A stretch of 54,742 nucleotides of DNA from an uncultured Candidatus Micrarchaeota archaeon (GTDB taxonomy: Archaea; Micrarchaeota; Micrarchaeia; Anstonellales; Bilamarchaeaceae): NCBI GenBank assembly GCA_903835325.1, contig CAILMU010000061.1, forward strand, positions 1-54,742. Reading direction: 5' to 3'. This document shows, one piece after another, positions 1-9,886 of the stretch. Numbering within the stretch: the first letter of the stretch is position 1; the number at the start of each line of letters is the position of its first letter. The notes under the pieces were generated by a model that did no database searches, was not told the DNA's origin, and was given only the letters and a program-made list of their open reading frames with translations. The translations under genes and the position numbers were made by a program.

Positions 1-881
1 ATGCCGGCCACGAAGTGAATTACAACGGCAAGAAATATCCCTTACGCTTGGTGCCGTGCGGATTCGTCTATGAGAAAGCGAAACTCATGATAGGCGCCGG
101 AGTCTTCGTGAATCCTGAAATCTTTTTCAAGGAAATCGAATTGATCGGCGGGCAGAATCGGACGTTCATCGATTTCCGCGCCGGGCTCATCACAAAAGAG
201 CATATCGAGCGCGATACTGCGTCCGAGAACTCCAAAAAAATAGGGACAACGAAGACAGGATGCGGTCCGGCGGTATCTGATCGCGTGAATCGCATAGGGA
301 GGATGGTCTCGGAAGTTCCGGAACTCAAGAAATACCTGATTGATGTCCCGAAAGCAGTGAACAGCTCTCAGAACGTCCTCATCGAAGGGACGCAGGCGTT
401 CATGCTCTCGAACCTTTATGGGACATATCCGTTTGTCACATCCAAGGATGTTTCGGCATCGACTATAGCCGCGGATGTCGGTTTGGGCCCGACGAAAATC
501 GATGATGTCATCATGGTCATCAAATCTTACACGACAAGGGTCGGTGCTGGCCCGCTCCAGGGCGAGCTATCTGTCGAGGACGCGAAAGCGAGGAACATGC
601 AGGAGTACGGCACAGTGACAGGACGGCCGAGGAGGACTTCGCCAGACCTGCATTTCGACGACCTGCGGACCGCGGCCATGATAAACGGCGCGGGCCAGAT
701 AGCGATAACGAAGATAGATATCAGGTTCCCGGGGAATATGGGGATCCGCGATTATGCGAAACTCACAAACGAGGCGAAAACATTCATCGCGGATGTCGAG
801 AAGAAGCTTGATGTCCCCGTCACATTGATAGGGACAGGGCCGGATGCGCTCGATGTCATCGATAGGCGCGACAGAAACTGA
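1..881 (+). CDS. purA: Adenylosuccinate synthetase, short archaeal type (5' end outside window)
   Basis: Frame is open from the window edge through (N)AGH; motifs IGTTKTGCGPA, EGTQ, YGTYPFVTS, TTRVGAGP, EYGTVTGRPRR, ITKID, IGTGPD. Confidence 0.97.
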   Translation, partial: AGHEVNYNGKKYPLRLVPCGFVYEKAKLMIGAGVFVNPEIFFKEIELIGGQNRTFIDFRAGLITKEHIERDTASENSKKIGTTKTGCGPAVSDRVNRIGRMVSEVPELKKYLIDVPKAVNSSQNVLIEGTQAFMLSNLYGTYPFVTSKDVSASTIAADVGLGPTKIDDVIMVIKSYTTRVGAGPLQGELSVEDAKARNMQEYGTVTGRPRRTSPDLHFDDLRTAAMINGAGQIAITKIDIRFPGNMGIRDYAKLTNEAKTFIADVEKKLDVPVTLIGTGPDALDVIDRRDRN

Positions 882-916
882 CGGTCGCCCGCCATTCTTT
901 TATTATCTTTTTTTAT

Positions 917-1522
917 TCAGGCTGCCTTTCCGCCTTTTTTCTTCGAAGCCTTGTTTTTCTGGAGCTTTTCCGCGACCATCCTGCCAAGCTCCTTCTTGTA
1001 CCGGTCCACCGCGTCGCGGAGGGTGGATTTCCTGAGCTCGCATATCTCGCAGCATGCGAACAGAAGGGCCTCGAAATCAAGATACCTCTCTGCTATTTCC
1101 CTTATCTCCATCCCGTAGAATCCTTCATCGGTGAGCGCGGAAACTGAATCCGACAGCTTCACATAGAGCGATGTGAGGTTCGTGTTGTCCTTTGCGAATG
1201 CCGATGTCCGTATCTGGTTAGTCTTCTCGATGAGATAGATGGCGATGCAGAGGCGTGCGACCTGGACATCGAAATCAGGTGGCGGCGCGTTGAAATCAAT
1301 CAGCGAGAAGGAATCCACCCGCTGCTCGAGCAGGGACCAGCTCCTCTGCAGGGTGATCCCGGGCCTCGCAAGCTGGGTCATGAACCCGATGGGCAGGGGT
1401 TCGGCAGGCTCCCCGGCGACGAATCGTTTATAGTTCTCGATATTCTCCTCCCGTATCTTCTCATAAAGCTGGATGTGGTATTGCCTTTCCTGTTCATCAG
1501 GCGCGATCGCGGGCTGGTCCAT
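917..1522 (-). CDS. Hypothetical protein, 201 aa, helical with Lys-rich tail
   Basis: Fills the gap between purA and the divergent 1577 gene; TATA-like TTTAAA upstream; no family motif recognised. Confidence 0.7.
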   Translation of the reverse strand: MDQPAIAPDEQERQYHIQLYEKIREENIENYKRFVAGEPAEPLPIGFMTQLARPGITLQRSWSLLEQRVDSFSLIDFNAPPPDFDVQVARLCIAIYLIEKTNQIRTSAFAKDNTNLTSLYVKLSDSVSALTDEGFYGMEIREIAERYLDFEALLFACCEICELRKSTLRDAVDRYKKELGRMVAEKLQKNKASKKKGGKAA

Positions 1523-1576
1523 GCGATTGCTTAGGAGTTAAACCATTTTAAACGCCAGCACGGAACTAACATATGG

Positions 1577-4500
1577 ATGGCTTACAAGCAAGCGGCGACC
1601 GGGCCGTCAGAGGCAGAGATCCCACAAGCGCCAACCTTGGCACAGACACGCACGGCGCTCACAGCGACAGACCTCGCGTCCGGCATCTCTTCCATGAGAT
1701 ACGCTCTCAGCAATAAAGGCGCCATCGATCCTTCATCCATCCGCGGCTCTACCCTGGAAAGAAATCCCGCAGGCAAAGGTTTCCTGGAAGGCAACGAAGC
1801 GATGATGGAGCTGAAAGGCGAAAACGCCATCGGTTTCGCAGCATGGTTGAAAACACCGGCAAATGCCGATAAGCTGGAGCGGGCAGGAATCCATGCAGAG
1901 CAGTCCGGAAAACCCGGAAGCCCTGAAATCACCCTTGTCAATGACAACTACCTTCCTTCCTCGATACGCACCAATAAGCCGCTGAGGAATGGGATGATCG
2001 AGACCCTTAACGCTGCTGAGACCTGGGAGGCTGCCAAGGCGGAGACCGCTTTTTTCACAGTGGCCAGCTGCATGAAAGCCGAGCGGGCGCTGGAAGATGC
2101 GAAAACCCGCCTGCCTCAGAAGAGCTATGAAGTGCTTGAGAGCGCAGCGCTGATGGGGAGGATGCCTTTCGAGATGATCCGGGAGGGCGGACCGATGCCT
2201 GGCGCTGAGAAATACGCGGATTCGGGGGCCGCCTTCAGGGCGGTGGCCAGATATGTCGAGACCGCGGATGCGCTTAATGCGAGCGCCGTGCCTGAATCCA
2301 CAAAGGCATTTCTCGATGACAAGATGAAGGGCATCAGGGATCATCTGAGGCTCGGACAATGGGACAACGCATCCCTGGAGATGGCCCTTGCCCAGACCCA
2401 TATCGCAATCTATTCCCCTGAAGCTGGCATCGCAGAGGGCAAGAAAGCCGTGCTTGAAGCTGGCATGGCAGCGGCGTGGAACGCAGAGCAGAAAGGCGAT
2501 TTCGCGAAAGCCGCCCGCATCAATGGCATGGCCCAGGAATATTTCTCTGACGCAAAGGGCGCGCAGCTGATTCAGAAGGCGCGGGATGAGGCGGCGAAGA
2601 GGCCGCTCTCAATAGAAGGCTCAGCATACCCGATGTTCATGGAAAACGGAAAGTTCAGCGAGAAGAGATTCGAGGAGCAGACAGGAGTCCCCTATCCAGA
2701 ATTCAAGAAGGGGGGCGTGGGCACCGTGCTAGATCGGCTGCTTGCAGATGCGCTGAAATCCGTCAATGACGCCCAGAAATCCATCGAGGAGGCGATAGCG
2801 CTCGAGGCGAGAAGCGCATCAACAAAGGGCGGACCGATGGCTGAAGTCCAGAACAAACTTGCGCAATCTGCCGAGCACATGAAAAAGGCGGATGAACTGA
2901 CAGGCACTGCGCTCTTAGGCTTGGGATATATCAACCACATGGCAAATCTCCACAAATCCGCGGCCGTGACACGGAACATCAGATTCGACGCAATCTCAGG
3001 AACGGCTGCCAAGTCAGCGCTCAAGGCGAAAGCTGAGGGCGTCGCATCAAGCGAGGATAATGCCGGATTCACGTTCATGCAGGAGTTCTTCGAGCGCACC
3101 GCCGCAGCGAGGGCTGAAGGAAAAGCGGCTCACGATTCCCACCTAAACGCAGCGAAGACGCACCAGAAGAATGGCGCCAGCGCCGAGGCCGGGCTTGGCA
3201 AGAAAACCAAAGAGATGAATGACGCCTACAAGGAATGCCAGACCTTCGAGGCATATACGAATGGGATGAATGCAGGCGTGAAGAAAGATAACGCGTCGCT
3301 GATTTCCGGCATCGATTCGGCCTCGAAAGGGTTGGATGAGGTCATCGCGAAAGCGAACGGCATCATAAAGGATGTCGATGAGCCGGAAAAGCGCAAGAAA
3401 CTCATCGCCGACAAGTATTCGCCGGATGGGATAAAGGCGAGAGCTCTTGCAGTGATCGCCCAGGCGGAATTATCCAAGGATGTCCTCAAACAGTTCAAAA
3501 CCACTCTTGAGGGACAAAATAAACAGTCTGATGCGGCCTTCGGGGCGGTTATCGGCAGCTACACGCCGGATAATGTCGTCAAGGATGCTTCTGCAACCAA
3601 TGACGGTTCGAGACGATACGGATACGGCACGAGTGCGGTTTTCTCCCAGCCAAGGGCGCTTGAAGCCGCCATCACAAATGATATGCATAACGGCAATGAC
3701 GCGTTCAACGGGGCCTTGGGCGGCCTGAACAAGAATTTGAGGGACCTCAATTTTATGGAAAGCCTTCAGGCGACTCCGGTTGACAGGCCGGATATGGTCA
3801 TCCCAAGCATGCTCGCAGGGATCGCGATTGGCAGGGCGGTCATCGCACTGCCCCAGATGCTCTCTGCCAGTTCGGCTCCTGTTACCGCGGCGTCGACAAC
3901 ATCGCAACTGCTATGGACCAGCGCGGGCCAGGCATTCATGGTAGCATCTGTCACGGTGGGAGCTATCGAGACCGTTGGCGGCACGATGAATCTAATAAGC
4001 GCCAGGACTCCGCAGGAAAGGGCGATGGCCGAGACGCAGCTGCGCGAGGGCGCGATGAACCTTGTTATCGGCGGTGCCGGAAAAGCGTTCCAGCTCGGCA
4101 ATTTCGTCCGGGAAGGGTTCGTCCTCTCAGAGGCGGTGGGCTTCAGCACGGGGGTCGCCTTGACAGCGAATGATGTGCGTGGCTGGGTGAGCGGAAGGAA
4201 GCAGTTCTCTGGGATGGATGCTGTGAGCGATGCGTTCCTGATGCTCCCGGGCCTCGGGTTGGCCTCAGAATATTATGCGGCGGCATCACGGGTGCCTAAA
4301 GCGGTTCCCCTTCCGGAAAAAACAGCATTCACAGTAGCAGAAGAGATGGCCCCACGCATAACGACGCCTGGAGCTCCGGCATTCGCGCAAAGGGGCGGCT
4401 TCATAGGCCTGGAGGTTCGAGGGGCGGCGAAGGCTGATGCAGGAACCGCAAGCGCATTGAAAGCAGGGCGGGTAGCCACTGAGGCGCCGGAAGTAGCCGC

Positions 4501-6928
4501 CGCGACAAAGGCCATAGAACTAAGCAGGGCGCAAAATGTCGTAGGCGCTGCCAATGACAACGCGATGGCGGCAAGAGGAGCAGCGGCTGCACAAGAAGGC
4601 GCGGTGGTCAGGAGACTGCCTACTGCTGCGAAACCTGTTGCTGCGCCAGGATTATCATTCGATGCTGACATCGCGTCCGGCGCCGGCCTGAAATCCTTGA
4701 AAGCAGCCGAACTCGATAGTCTCGCCGGAGCGCTCAGGACGGCTGGAGCTAATGATGCTGCAATCGCCCTCAATAATTATAGGCAAACAAAAAGCACAAA
4801 GGATCTTCTGAAAGCGGTCAACGCGATAAACACCGCCAAGAAGGAGAACCGGATAACGATAATAACAAAAGAAATCCAAGACGAAATGAAAGCCGTCGCA
4901 GGCGGAGGGCGGTCGATGGCATCCGCGCAGAGAACGTGGACTGTTTCGGTGCCGGTTGCCGGGGAAGCCACACCGGTTGCAGCGGAGTTTGGAGCCGGGG
5001 CCGCAGCCAGTACCGGAGCCAAAGTCGGAACCGCAGCGCCTGCGATTGTCAGGCCCATCGGCTCGGCGTCTGTTTCTGTCGTTCCCTCGTGGGCGCCGGT
5101 CCAGCCGGCTGAACTCAGGGGATTCCTGAAGATGGCAGTGGCTGACCAGAACGCGCGTATCGCGAAATTTGCCGAAGGCACCCTGGAAAAATCGTTCTTC
5201 ACCCGCATCCAGGGCTTGCAGAGGATGGAAAAAGAGTACGGCTTGGAAGGCAAGCTTGTCAGCTCCTATCTTGGCGCAGATAGCGAGGGGAACGCTGCTA
5301 GGAATGTCATTGAACAGATGTCAAAGAGCACCAGGCCCCTGTTCAACAAAGCAACTACTGAGAGAGCCGAAGCTGAATTCGTCCGCCGCGGAATCACACT
5401 GAAAACCCCGCTCGAAGCGATCAAGCCAGGTGAGACGAAGGTCTTCGAAGCGACCAACGGGAAGTTCTATGAAATCAGGAATGAAGGCGGCATGCTCGGC
5501 GTGCATGAGCAGAGGACGATGATAACTCCGGAACCGTTGCCTACGATGGAGGGGGGCATCCCGTTCGTCAGAAGCGTCCCGGGAGCGGTCAAAGGCGACC
5601 ATGCCCTGGATCTTGTGGACGTCCTTGCGAGCGGCGATATCAACAATTCCATCGATCGGGCTTTGCCAAAAGCGATCGGAGCCCGCAGGACGATAGTGGG
5701 CATCAGTGACAGCAGCGCGAATGCCATGAAGGGCGCGTTCCAAATCACGGTAGAAGAGACAATCGGCGTCGGCGAAAATGCTGTGAAAATCCAGAGGCAC
5801 TTCCTTTTGAAGACACATGACCTTAGCCCCAACAAGTTCGCGGATGCCATCATATCGGATAACGGCATCTGCACAGTGGACACAGCAACAGGATTCGGAA
5901 AAACGCCATTCAGTTACATGCGCTCTGATGGCAAGCCCGGCACCTTCGGGATGATGGAGCATATGGGCGAATCGCAAAGGACTTTCACGGTGGCGGGCCG
6001 TGAGATAAACATAGTAAGGAACCTGGGCGCGAATGATTTCGAAGCATCTAACCTCAGGAGCCTGGTCGAGGGCCCGGAGACACTGCCGTTTTTCGAGAAG
6101 ACCGGCCTCGTGCGTGTCGATCGTACGGGCGCAGCGCCCAAGGTCGTCTACAAAAAGGAGTTCTTTAAGACGATGGGCGGCGAGGCGGGCTTCACGGTTT
6201 TCACAGATATCTCGATCGGTGCCCGCGACGGGAAGGCAGCGAACGCATGGATGAAAGTGATTGAGGTCTCAGCGGATGACGCCAAGCACCTGGCGGACAA
6301 TAATTATCTTGTCACGAATGTCAGTGGCAGATGGCAGGCTCTAGTCCCGGCAAGGATCGACACGGACTGGTCTGTGGATTTCGTCACGGAATTCGTGGCC
6401 AACAAGGCCCCGAGAAGCGCTCTCCACATACAAAGCGGCAACGGATATCATGATTTCACCCCCATAGCGGACCAGTATGGCCAAAAGGATGTGTGGTCTA
6501 TCGCCAGGCAGCTTGAATCCCTCGGAGGCGCTGTCGAAAGCGAGGTCCCGGCGAGCGAGCTCAGGAAACTCGTCCTGGGTTCCATGAAAGAGGGCGGGGA
6601 ACTCTGGTATATCAGGAATGGCAGGCGCCCTGATTTTGCGAAGAATTTCGTCAGCCGCATCGAAAGCGCGCCCGCGAGCCAGCCGTTCGGCGCCGGGTCC
6701 GATAATCTTGTGCAAGGCACTTACGTGCGCACAGGCCCGAGCAATGGGAATGCGATTGGCAGGTATATGGACCTGCCTGGCGGAAGGTCAACGATCGGCA
6801 TGCACCGGGAAGGGATATTAGGCTCGTTCAAGTCATTGAACGATGGCATGCGCAGTAGCGCCTTCAGGGACGAACTTTGGGATCAGATAGCTTTGAGAGC
6901 GAGAAATAGGTTGGGAAGCGGCCGTTAG
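1577..6928 (+). CDS. Large 1783 aa protein: helical N-terminus, central hydrophobic segments, Ala-rich linker, C-terminal HipA/PI3K-like kinase-like domain (candidate polymorphic toxin/effector)
   Basis: The ORF is certain, the function is inferred. Hydrophobic Gly/Ala segments at ~3790-4270; kinase-like motifs MKGAF, HFLLK, DISIGARDGKAAN, RIDTD at ~5720-6370. Confidence 0.7.
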   Translation: MAYKQAATGPSEAEIPQAPTLAQTRTALTATDLASGISSMRYALSNKGAIDPSSIRGSTLERNPAGKGFLEGNEAMMELKGENAIGFAAWLKTPANADKLERAGIHAEQSGKPGSPEITLVNDNYLPSSIRTNKPLRNGMIETLNAAETWEAAKAETAFFTVASCMKAERALEDAKTRLPQKSYEVLESAALMGRMPFEMIREGGPMPGAEKYADSGAAFRAVARYVETADALNASAVPESTKAFLDDKMKGIRDHLRLGQWDNASLEMALAQTHIAIYSPEAGIAEGKKAVLEAGMAAAWNAEQKGDFAKAARINGMAQEYFSDAKGAQLIQKARDEAAKRPLSIEGSAYPMFMENGKFSEKRFEEQTGVPYPEFKKGGVGTVLDRLLADALKSVNDAQKSIEEAIALEARSASTKGGPMAEVQNKLAQSAEHMKKADELTGTALLGLGYINHMANLHKSAAVTRNIRFDAISGTAAKSALKAKAEGVASSEDNAGFTFMQEFFERTAAARAEGKAAHDSHLNAAKTHQKNGASAEAGLGKKTKEMNDAYKECQTFEAYTNGMNAGVKKDNASLISGIDSASKGLDEVIAKANGIIKDVDEPEKRKKLIADKYSPDGIKARALAVIAQAELSKDVLKQFKTTLEGQNKQSDAAFGAVIGSYTPDNVVKDASATNDGSRRYGYGTSAVFSQPRALEAAITNDMHNGNDAFNGALGGLNKNLRDLNFMESLQATPVDRPDMVIPSMLAGIAIGRAVIALPQMLSASSAPVTAASTTSQLLWTSAGQAFMVASVTVGAIETVGGTMNLISARTPQERAMAETQLREGAMNLVIGGAGKAFQLGNFVREGFVLSEAVGFSTGVALTANDVRGWVSGRKQFSGMDAVSDAFLMLPGLGLASEYYAAASRVPKAVPLPEKTAFTVAEEMAPRITTPGAPAFAQRGGFIGLEVRGAAKADAGTASALKAGRVATEAPEVAAATKAIELSRAQNVVGAANDNAMAARGAAAAQEGAVVRRLPTAAKPVAAPGLSFDADIASGAGLKSLKAAELDSLAGALRTAGANDAAIALNNYRQTKSTKDLLKAVNAINTAKKENRITIITKEIQDEMKAVAGGGRSMASAQRTWTVSVPVAGEATPVAAEFGAGAAASTGAKVGTAAPAIVRPIGSASVSVVPSWAPVQPAELRGFLKMAVADQNARIAKFAEGTLEKSFFTRIQGLQRMEKEYGLEGKLVSSYLGADSEGNAARNVIEQMSKSTRPLFNKATTERAEAEFVRRGITLKTPLEAIKPGETKVFEATNGKFYEIRNEGGMLGVHEQRTMITPEPLPTMEGGIPFVRSVPGAVKGDHALDLVDVLASGDINNSIDRALPKAIGARRTIVGISDSSANAMKGAFQITVEETIGVGENAVKIQRHFLLKTHDLSPNKFADAIISDNGICTVDTATGFGKTPFSYMRSDGKPGTFGMMEHMGESQRTFTVAGREINIVRNLGANDFEASNLRSLVEGPETLPFFEKTGLVRVDRTGAAPKVVYKKEFFKTMGGEAGFTVFTDISIGARDGKAANAWMKVIEVSADDAKHLADNNYLVTNVSGRWQALVPARIDTDWSVDFVTEFVANKAPRSALHIQSGNGYHDFTPIADQYGQKDVWSIARQLESLGGAVESEVPASELRKLVLGSMKEGGELWYIRNGRRPDFAKNFVSRIESAPASQPFGAGSDNLVQGTYVRTGPSNGNAIGRYMDLPGGRSTIGMHREGILGSFKSLNDGMRSSAFRDELWDQIALRARNRLGSGR

Positions 6929-6962
6929 CCTGCAGGCACCTGACGTTTCCTTATTTATCCGG

Positions 6963-7589
6963 CTATACGCTCCTTTTCGGCACGACCGGTATGGCGGCGC
7001 CTTCATCGGCTATCGCGATCGCGCCGTCTGAGCGCGCGCTCGCGCTTTCAGCGACCTTCAATGCGGCATTTATCGATGATACCACATTGGCCCATGGAAG
7101 AGCCGGGTTTTCGAAATGATGGAGGCTTTCTATCGGCTCCCTCACTATGATGCGCCGCTCCATGTCCACGAGAATCAGGTATGTGGTGCTTGTGCGCTGG
7201 AATATCGAGATTGCATAGGCCGGGACATCTTTCAAAGCCTCATCCGCATTCGGGCCGAACAGTTCCTCGGTGATTACCGGGCTGGAATCAGTGCTGTAAA
7301 CGATGCTGAATTCCCCTTTGTATATATAGAGGGGCTTCTCCGGAGCTTGCCCGGCCGCATCCCCAGGTACCCGCAAGGTCTTGCGGACGTCGTCATTCCA
7401 GCCTGTCGCCGAATCCCATATCCTCTCGATGACCTTGTCTGCGGAGATGGCGTTGATCGGTTTCGCCGGTTGGGGGTCTTTCTTCTGGCCGAATTCGGCA
7501 GGCTTCCTGGCCCTGGCTGAGATGTCTATCACTTTCGCATTGTTTTGCGCATTCCCCGCCGGTTTGGAACTGTTGCCCATATTGCCCAT
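6963..7589 (-). CDS. Hypothetical protein, 208 aa
   Basis: Non-overlapping ORF with an AT-rich promoter-like region upstream (7590-7680); no family recognised. Confidence 0.7.
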   Translation of the reverse strand: MGNMGNSSKPAGNAQNNAKVIDISARARKPAEFGQKKDPQPAKPINAISADKVIERIWDSATGWNDDVRKTLRVPGDAAGQAPEKPLYIYKGEFSIVYSTDSSPVITEELFGPNADEALKDVPAYAISIFQRTSTTYLILVDMERRIIVREPIESLHHFENPALPWANVVSSINAALKVAESASARSDGAIAIADEGAAIPVVPKRSV

Positions 7590-7680
7590 CGTACCACGTT
7601 ATATCCTCTATTTCCCAGCCAGTATATAAATATCCATTATATACACAAATTTATAATTACTCTTACAGATATACAATAAC

Positions 7681-8406
7681 ATGCCTATGCACATAAAGCC
7701 ACGCAGCACAATGCGCAACCTGCCAGCATGCAACATGGCGCTATGGCAAGGCAAGTCGCTCCTTTTCGACATGGACGGCGTCCTGCTGGAGAGCCGCCAT
7801 GACGCCAATGCAGAAGGGAAAAGAAGCGTCCAGCACCTGGGCCAGAATATCTCCGAAGCGCTTGCGCGCCTGAAGGCGTCTGGTGTGAAACTCGCAGTGA
7901 CCAGCTCGGCCCGCAAGGAATATGCCCGCCGCATGCTTGCTGAAGCGAATCTCATACGGCCTTTCAGCTTCATTTTGACGAGGGAGGATATGGCGTATTC
8001 CAAGAACGGCGAGACGAGGGTGGTCCCGAAGGATTACACGCGCGCGCTCAAGATGCTGTGCGAGGCTTCGCCGCTCGACAACTGCGCCATTATCGGAGAC
8101 CGGCCGGCCTATGATGTGCCTCTCAACCCGGAGGGCATGGTGACCGCCATCTACTCCATGGAGATAGATTTCGCGAAGGTGCTCCAGCATCTCGAGATAG
8201 TGCTCGAGGCTGGGAAGGGCAGATTCGCCTCGGGTTTCGATGCGTTGAGTTTGGGAGGCGGGAGCGGCAATGGCGATGTCCATATCGTGCGGGACAAGAA
8301 CTGGCGTCTTGATAAGGATACGCAGGGCCTTGCAAGGATAATCTACTTCGAGGAGCCGTCTGTGCCTTCGCATATGCAGAAGATGTACGTGCCTAGTTCG
8401 CGGTAA
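7681..8406 (+). CDS. HAD-superfamily hydrolase
   Basis: Motif I FDMDGVL, motif II VTSS, motif IV IGDRPAYD; true start may be a downstream Met. Confidence 0.88.
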   Translation: MPMHIKPRSTMRNLPACNMALWQGKSLLFDMDGVLLESRHDANAEGKRSVQHLGQNISEALARLKASGVKLAVTSSARKEYARRMLAEANLIRPFSFILTREDMAYSKNGETRVVPKDYTRALKMLCEASPLDNCAIIGDRPAYDVPLNPEGMVTAIYSMEIDFAKVLQHLEIVLEAGKGRFASGFDALSLGGGSGNGDVHIVRDKNWRLDKDTQGLARIIYFEEPSVPSHMQKMYVPSSR

Positions 8407-8413
8407 AAGACTT

Positions 8414-8462
8414 AAAAAAAATTTCGCCGTTGCGAGATCTTCGATCTCGGCCGGCATTTTTT
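8414..8462. terminator. Hairpin flanked by A and T tracts between converging HAD gene and tRNA; possible bidirectional terminator
   Basis: CGAGATC-TTC-GATCTCG core (8433-8449), outer GCCG/CGGC pairing, A-tract before and T-tract after. Confidence 0.4.
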
Positions 8463-8553
8463 CATTAGGTTTGACAACATACAATCTGACAAAAAGGAAA
8501 AAACGCCGACGCAGAGGCTGATGCCTCTTCACGTCGATTTCTTAAGATGAAAT

Positions 8554-8681
8554 CGCCGACGCCAGGATTGACAGCCATGCTGGCAAATCAAAAAAGCACC
8601 AGCTTTTTTGGCTTTTGAACCTGGAATCCACAAGGGACCGGTTTTCAAGACCGGCGCACTACCGGGTTGTGCGACGTCGGC
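8554..8681 (-). tRNA. tRNA-Ser(UGA) with a 46-nt intron in the T-loop
   Basis: Acceptor GCCGACG/CGTCGGC plus discriminator G; anticodon arm CCGGT-CT-TGA-AA-ACCGG; long variable arm; T-stem CCAGG/CCTGG whose loop TTCAAAT is restored by removing about 8568-8613; CCA not encoded. Confidence 0.93.
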
Positions 8682-8708
8682 ACTGACTAAATATGCTCTT
8701 CTATCGAT

Positions 8709-9320
8709 TCACTCGCTCACCTTCTCCTCATCGAACGCTTCTTCTGATGACGATTCGGCAACGTCATCGGCAGGCGCTGTCCCGGCTGACTCCGGAACGT
8801 TCGAATCCGACTTAGGCTGCGCAGGCTGCCCCTCTTCCGGGAACGGCGCGGCAAGTCGCTGCTGCATCGGAGACGCCTGCACGAAATATTTCCTGAATTT
8901 CTCTGTCAGCGTGAGTTTGGATGTCCGCCCTGCCTTGTGGCCTTTCACGAAGCCGGCGCCTATCAGTTCATGGACGTCCTGGTAAACGTGCGTGCCGATA
9001 TGCTTGACGAGCTCGGATTTCAGCATGCCGTCGTGCTTGGAAAGGTATGCAAGGGTCCGCAGCGCGCTGTGGCTTATCTCCGAATCCTGGGCGAACTGCT
9101 TCACGCGCTCCAGGTATTCGTTGCGGACCTTCATCTCGTACTTCCCGTCGGCCTCTATTATCTCTATCGCCCTGCCTTCGTAATCGTTCTTCAGTTCGGC
9201 TAGGACGTTCTGCAGGTATCCTATCGCGCCAATCCCGGTCAGCGTCCGGAATTCCTCAAGAGACATGGGCCTGGCGCTTATGAACATGGCTGCCTCGATC
9301 ATTCGTTTCTCGTTGGTCAT
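8709..9320 (-). CDS. scpB: SMC-Scp complex subunit ScpB
   Basis: IEAAMF...PMS, ALRTLAYL, LIGAGFV, TEKFRKYF pattern of ScpB, with an acidic disordered tail. Confidence 0.92.
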   Translation of the reverse strand: MTNEKRMIEAAMFISARPMSLEEFRTLTGIGAIGYLQNVLAELKNDYEGRAIEIIEADGKYEMKVRNEYLERVKQFAQDSEISHSALRTLAYLSKHDGMLKSELVKHIGTHVYQDVHELIGAGFVKGHKAGRTSKLTLTEKFRKYFVQASPMQQRLAAPFPEEGQPAQPKSDSNVPESAGTAPADDVAESSSEEAFDEEKVSE

Positions 9321-9886
9321 TGTTTCCTACCTAACCCTAGATACCCTGTCAATGGATAATCCACTATATCGAGCTTTTTCTTTTTTAGCCTTATGGATTC
9401 GGAAATAATGGCGGTTGAATTCCTGACCGATCGTTTCGAGGTGTCCAGCTCGAGTATTTTTGGGGCATTTTTCGTTCGCTTTCGATTTTTCCCATCTCCA
9501 TAAATCGTATCGATGCGTTGCGCGCAGTAATCAAGGAGCTCTGCTTCGATGTTCTCGGATATCTTCTTTTTGCCATAGCCGCGCTTTGCGAATCTTGTTT
9601 GAAGGGCTTTGGGGGAGGAGCGAAGGATAATGATATAGTCGGCGGGGATTTTCATCTCGCACGCGAGATGGCCTTCGATGATAAAACCGGATTGGCCTTT
9701 AGAAAAAAGCGGGGCGAGCGCACGGGACAATTTTTTTATGTCGACTTCGTGATGGGTTTCGAGCAGTTTTTTTTCTTTCACGATTTTTTTTATATCGATG
9801 AGCTCCAGGCCCATGCATCTGGAAAGTTCTCTAGCGATGAGGGATTTGCCTGTTCCAGGGGTTCCGGTGATGACGATGCGCATCAT
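9317..9886 (-). CDS. Archaeal adenylate kinase, AK6/Fap7 family
   Basis: IVITGTPGTGKS P-loop, IIEGH Walker B, RGY..KI.EN..AE signature. Confidence 0.9.
   Translation of the reverse strand: MMRIVITGTPGTGKSLIARELSRCMGLELIDIKKIVKEKKLLETHHEVDIKKLSRALAPLFSKGQSGFIIEGHLACEMKIPADYIIILRSSPKALQTRFAKRGYGKKKISENIEAELLDYCAQRIDTIYGDGKNRKRTKNAPKILELDTSKRSVRNSTAIISESIRLKKKKLDIVDYPLTGYLGLGRKQ

Noticed and set aside
8504..8562. 9-bp repeat CGCCGACGC matching the tRNA 3' end, a possible att site
   Set aside because: Too short, only 50 bp from the tRNA, and no integrase in the window.
8645..8647. TCA on the plus strand suggesting tRNA-Sec or a UGA suppressor
   Set aside because: The gene is on the minus strand; the anticodon is UGA (Ser) with a 7-bp acceptor stem.
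8608..8985. 125 aa ORF on the plus strand
   Set aside because: Antisense to the tRNA and scpB; typical artefact.
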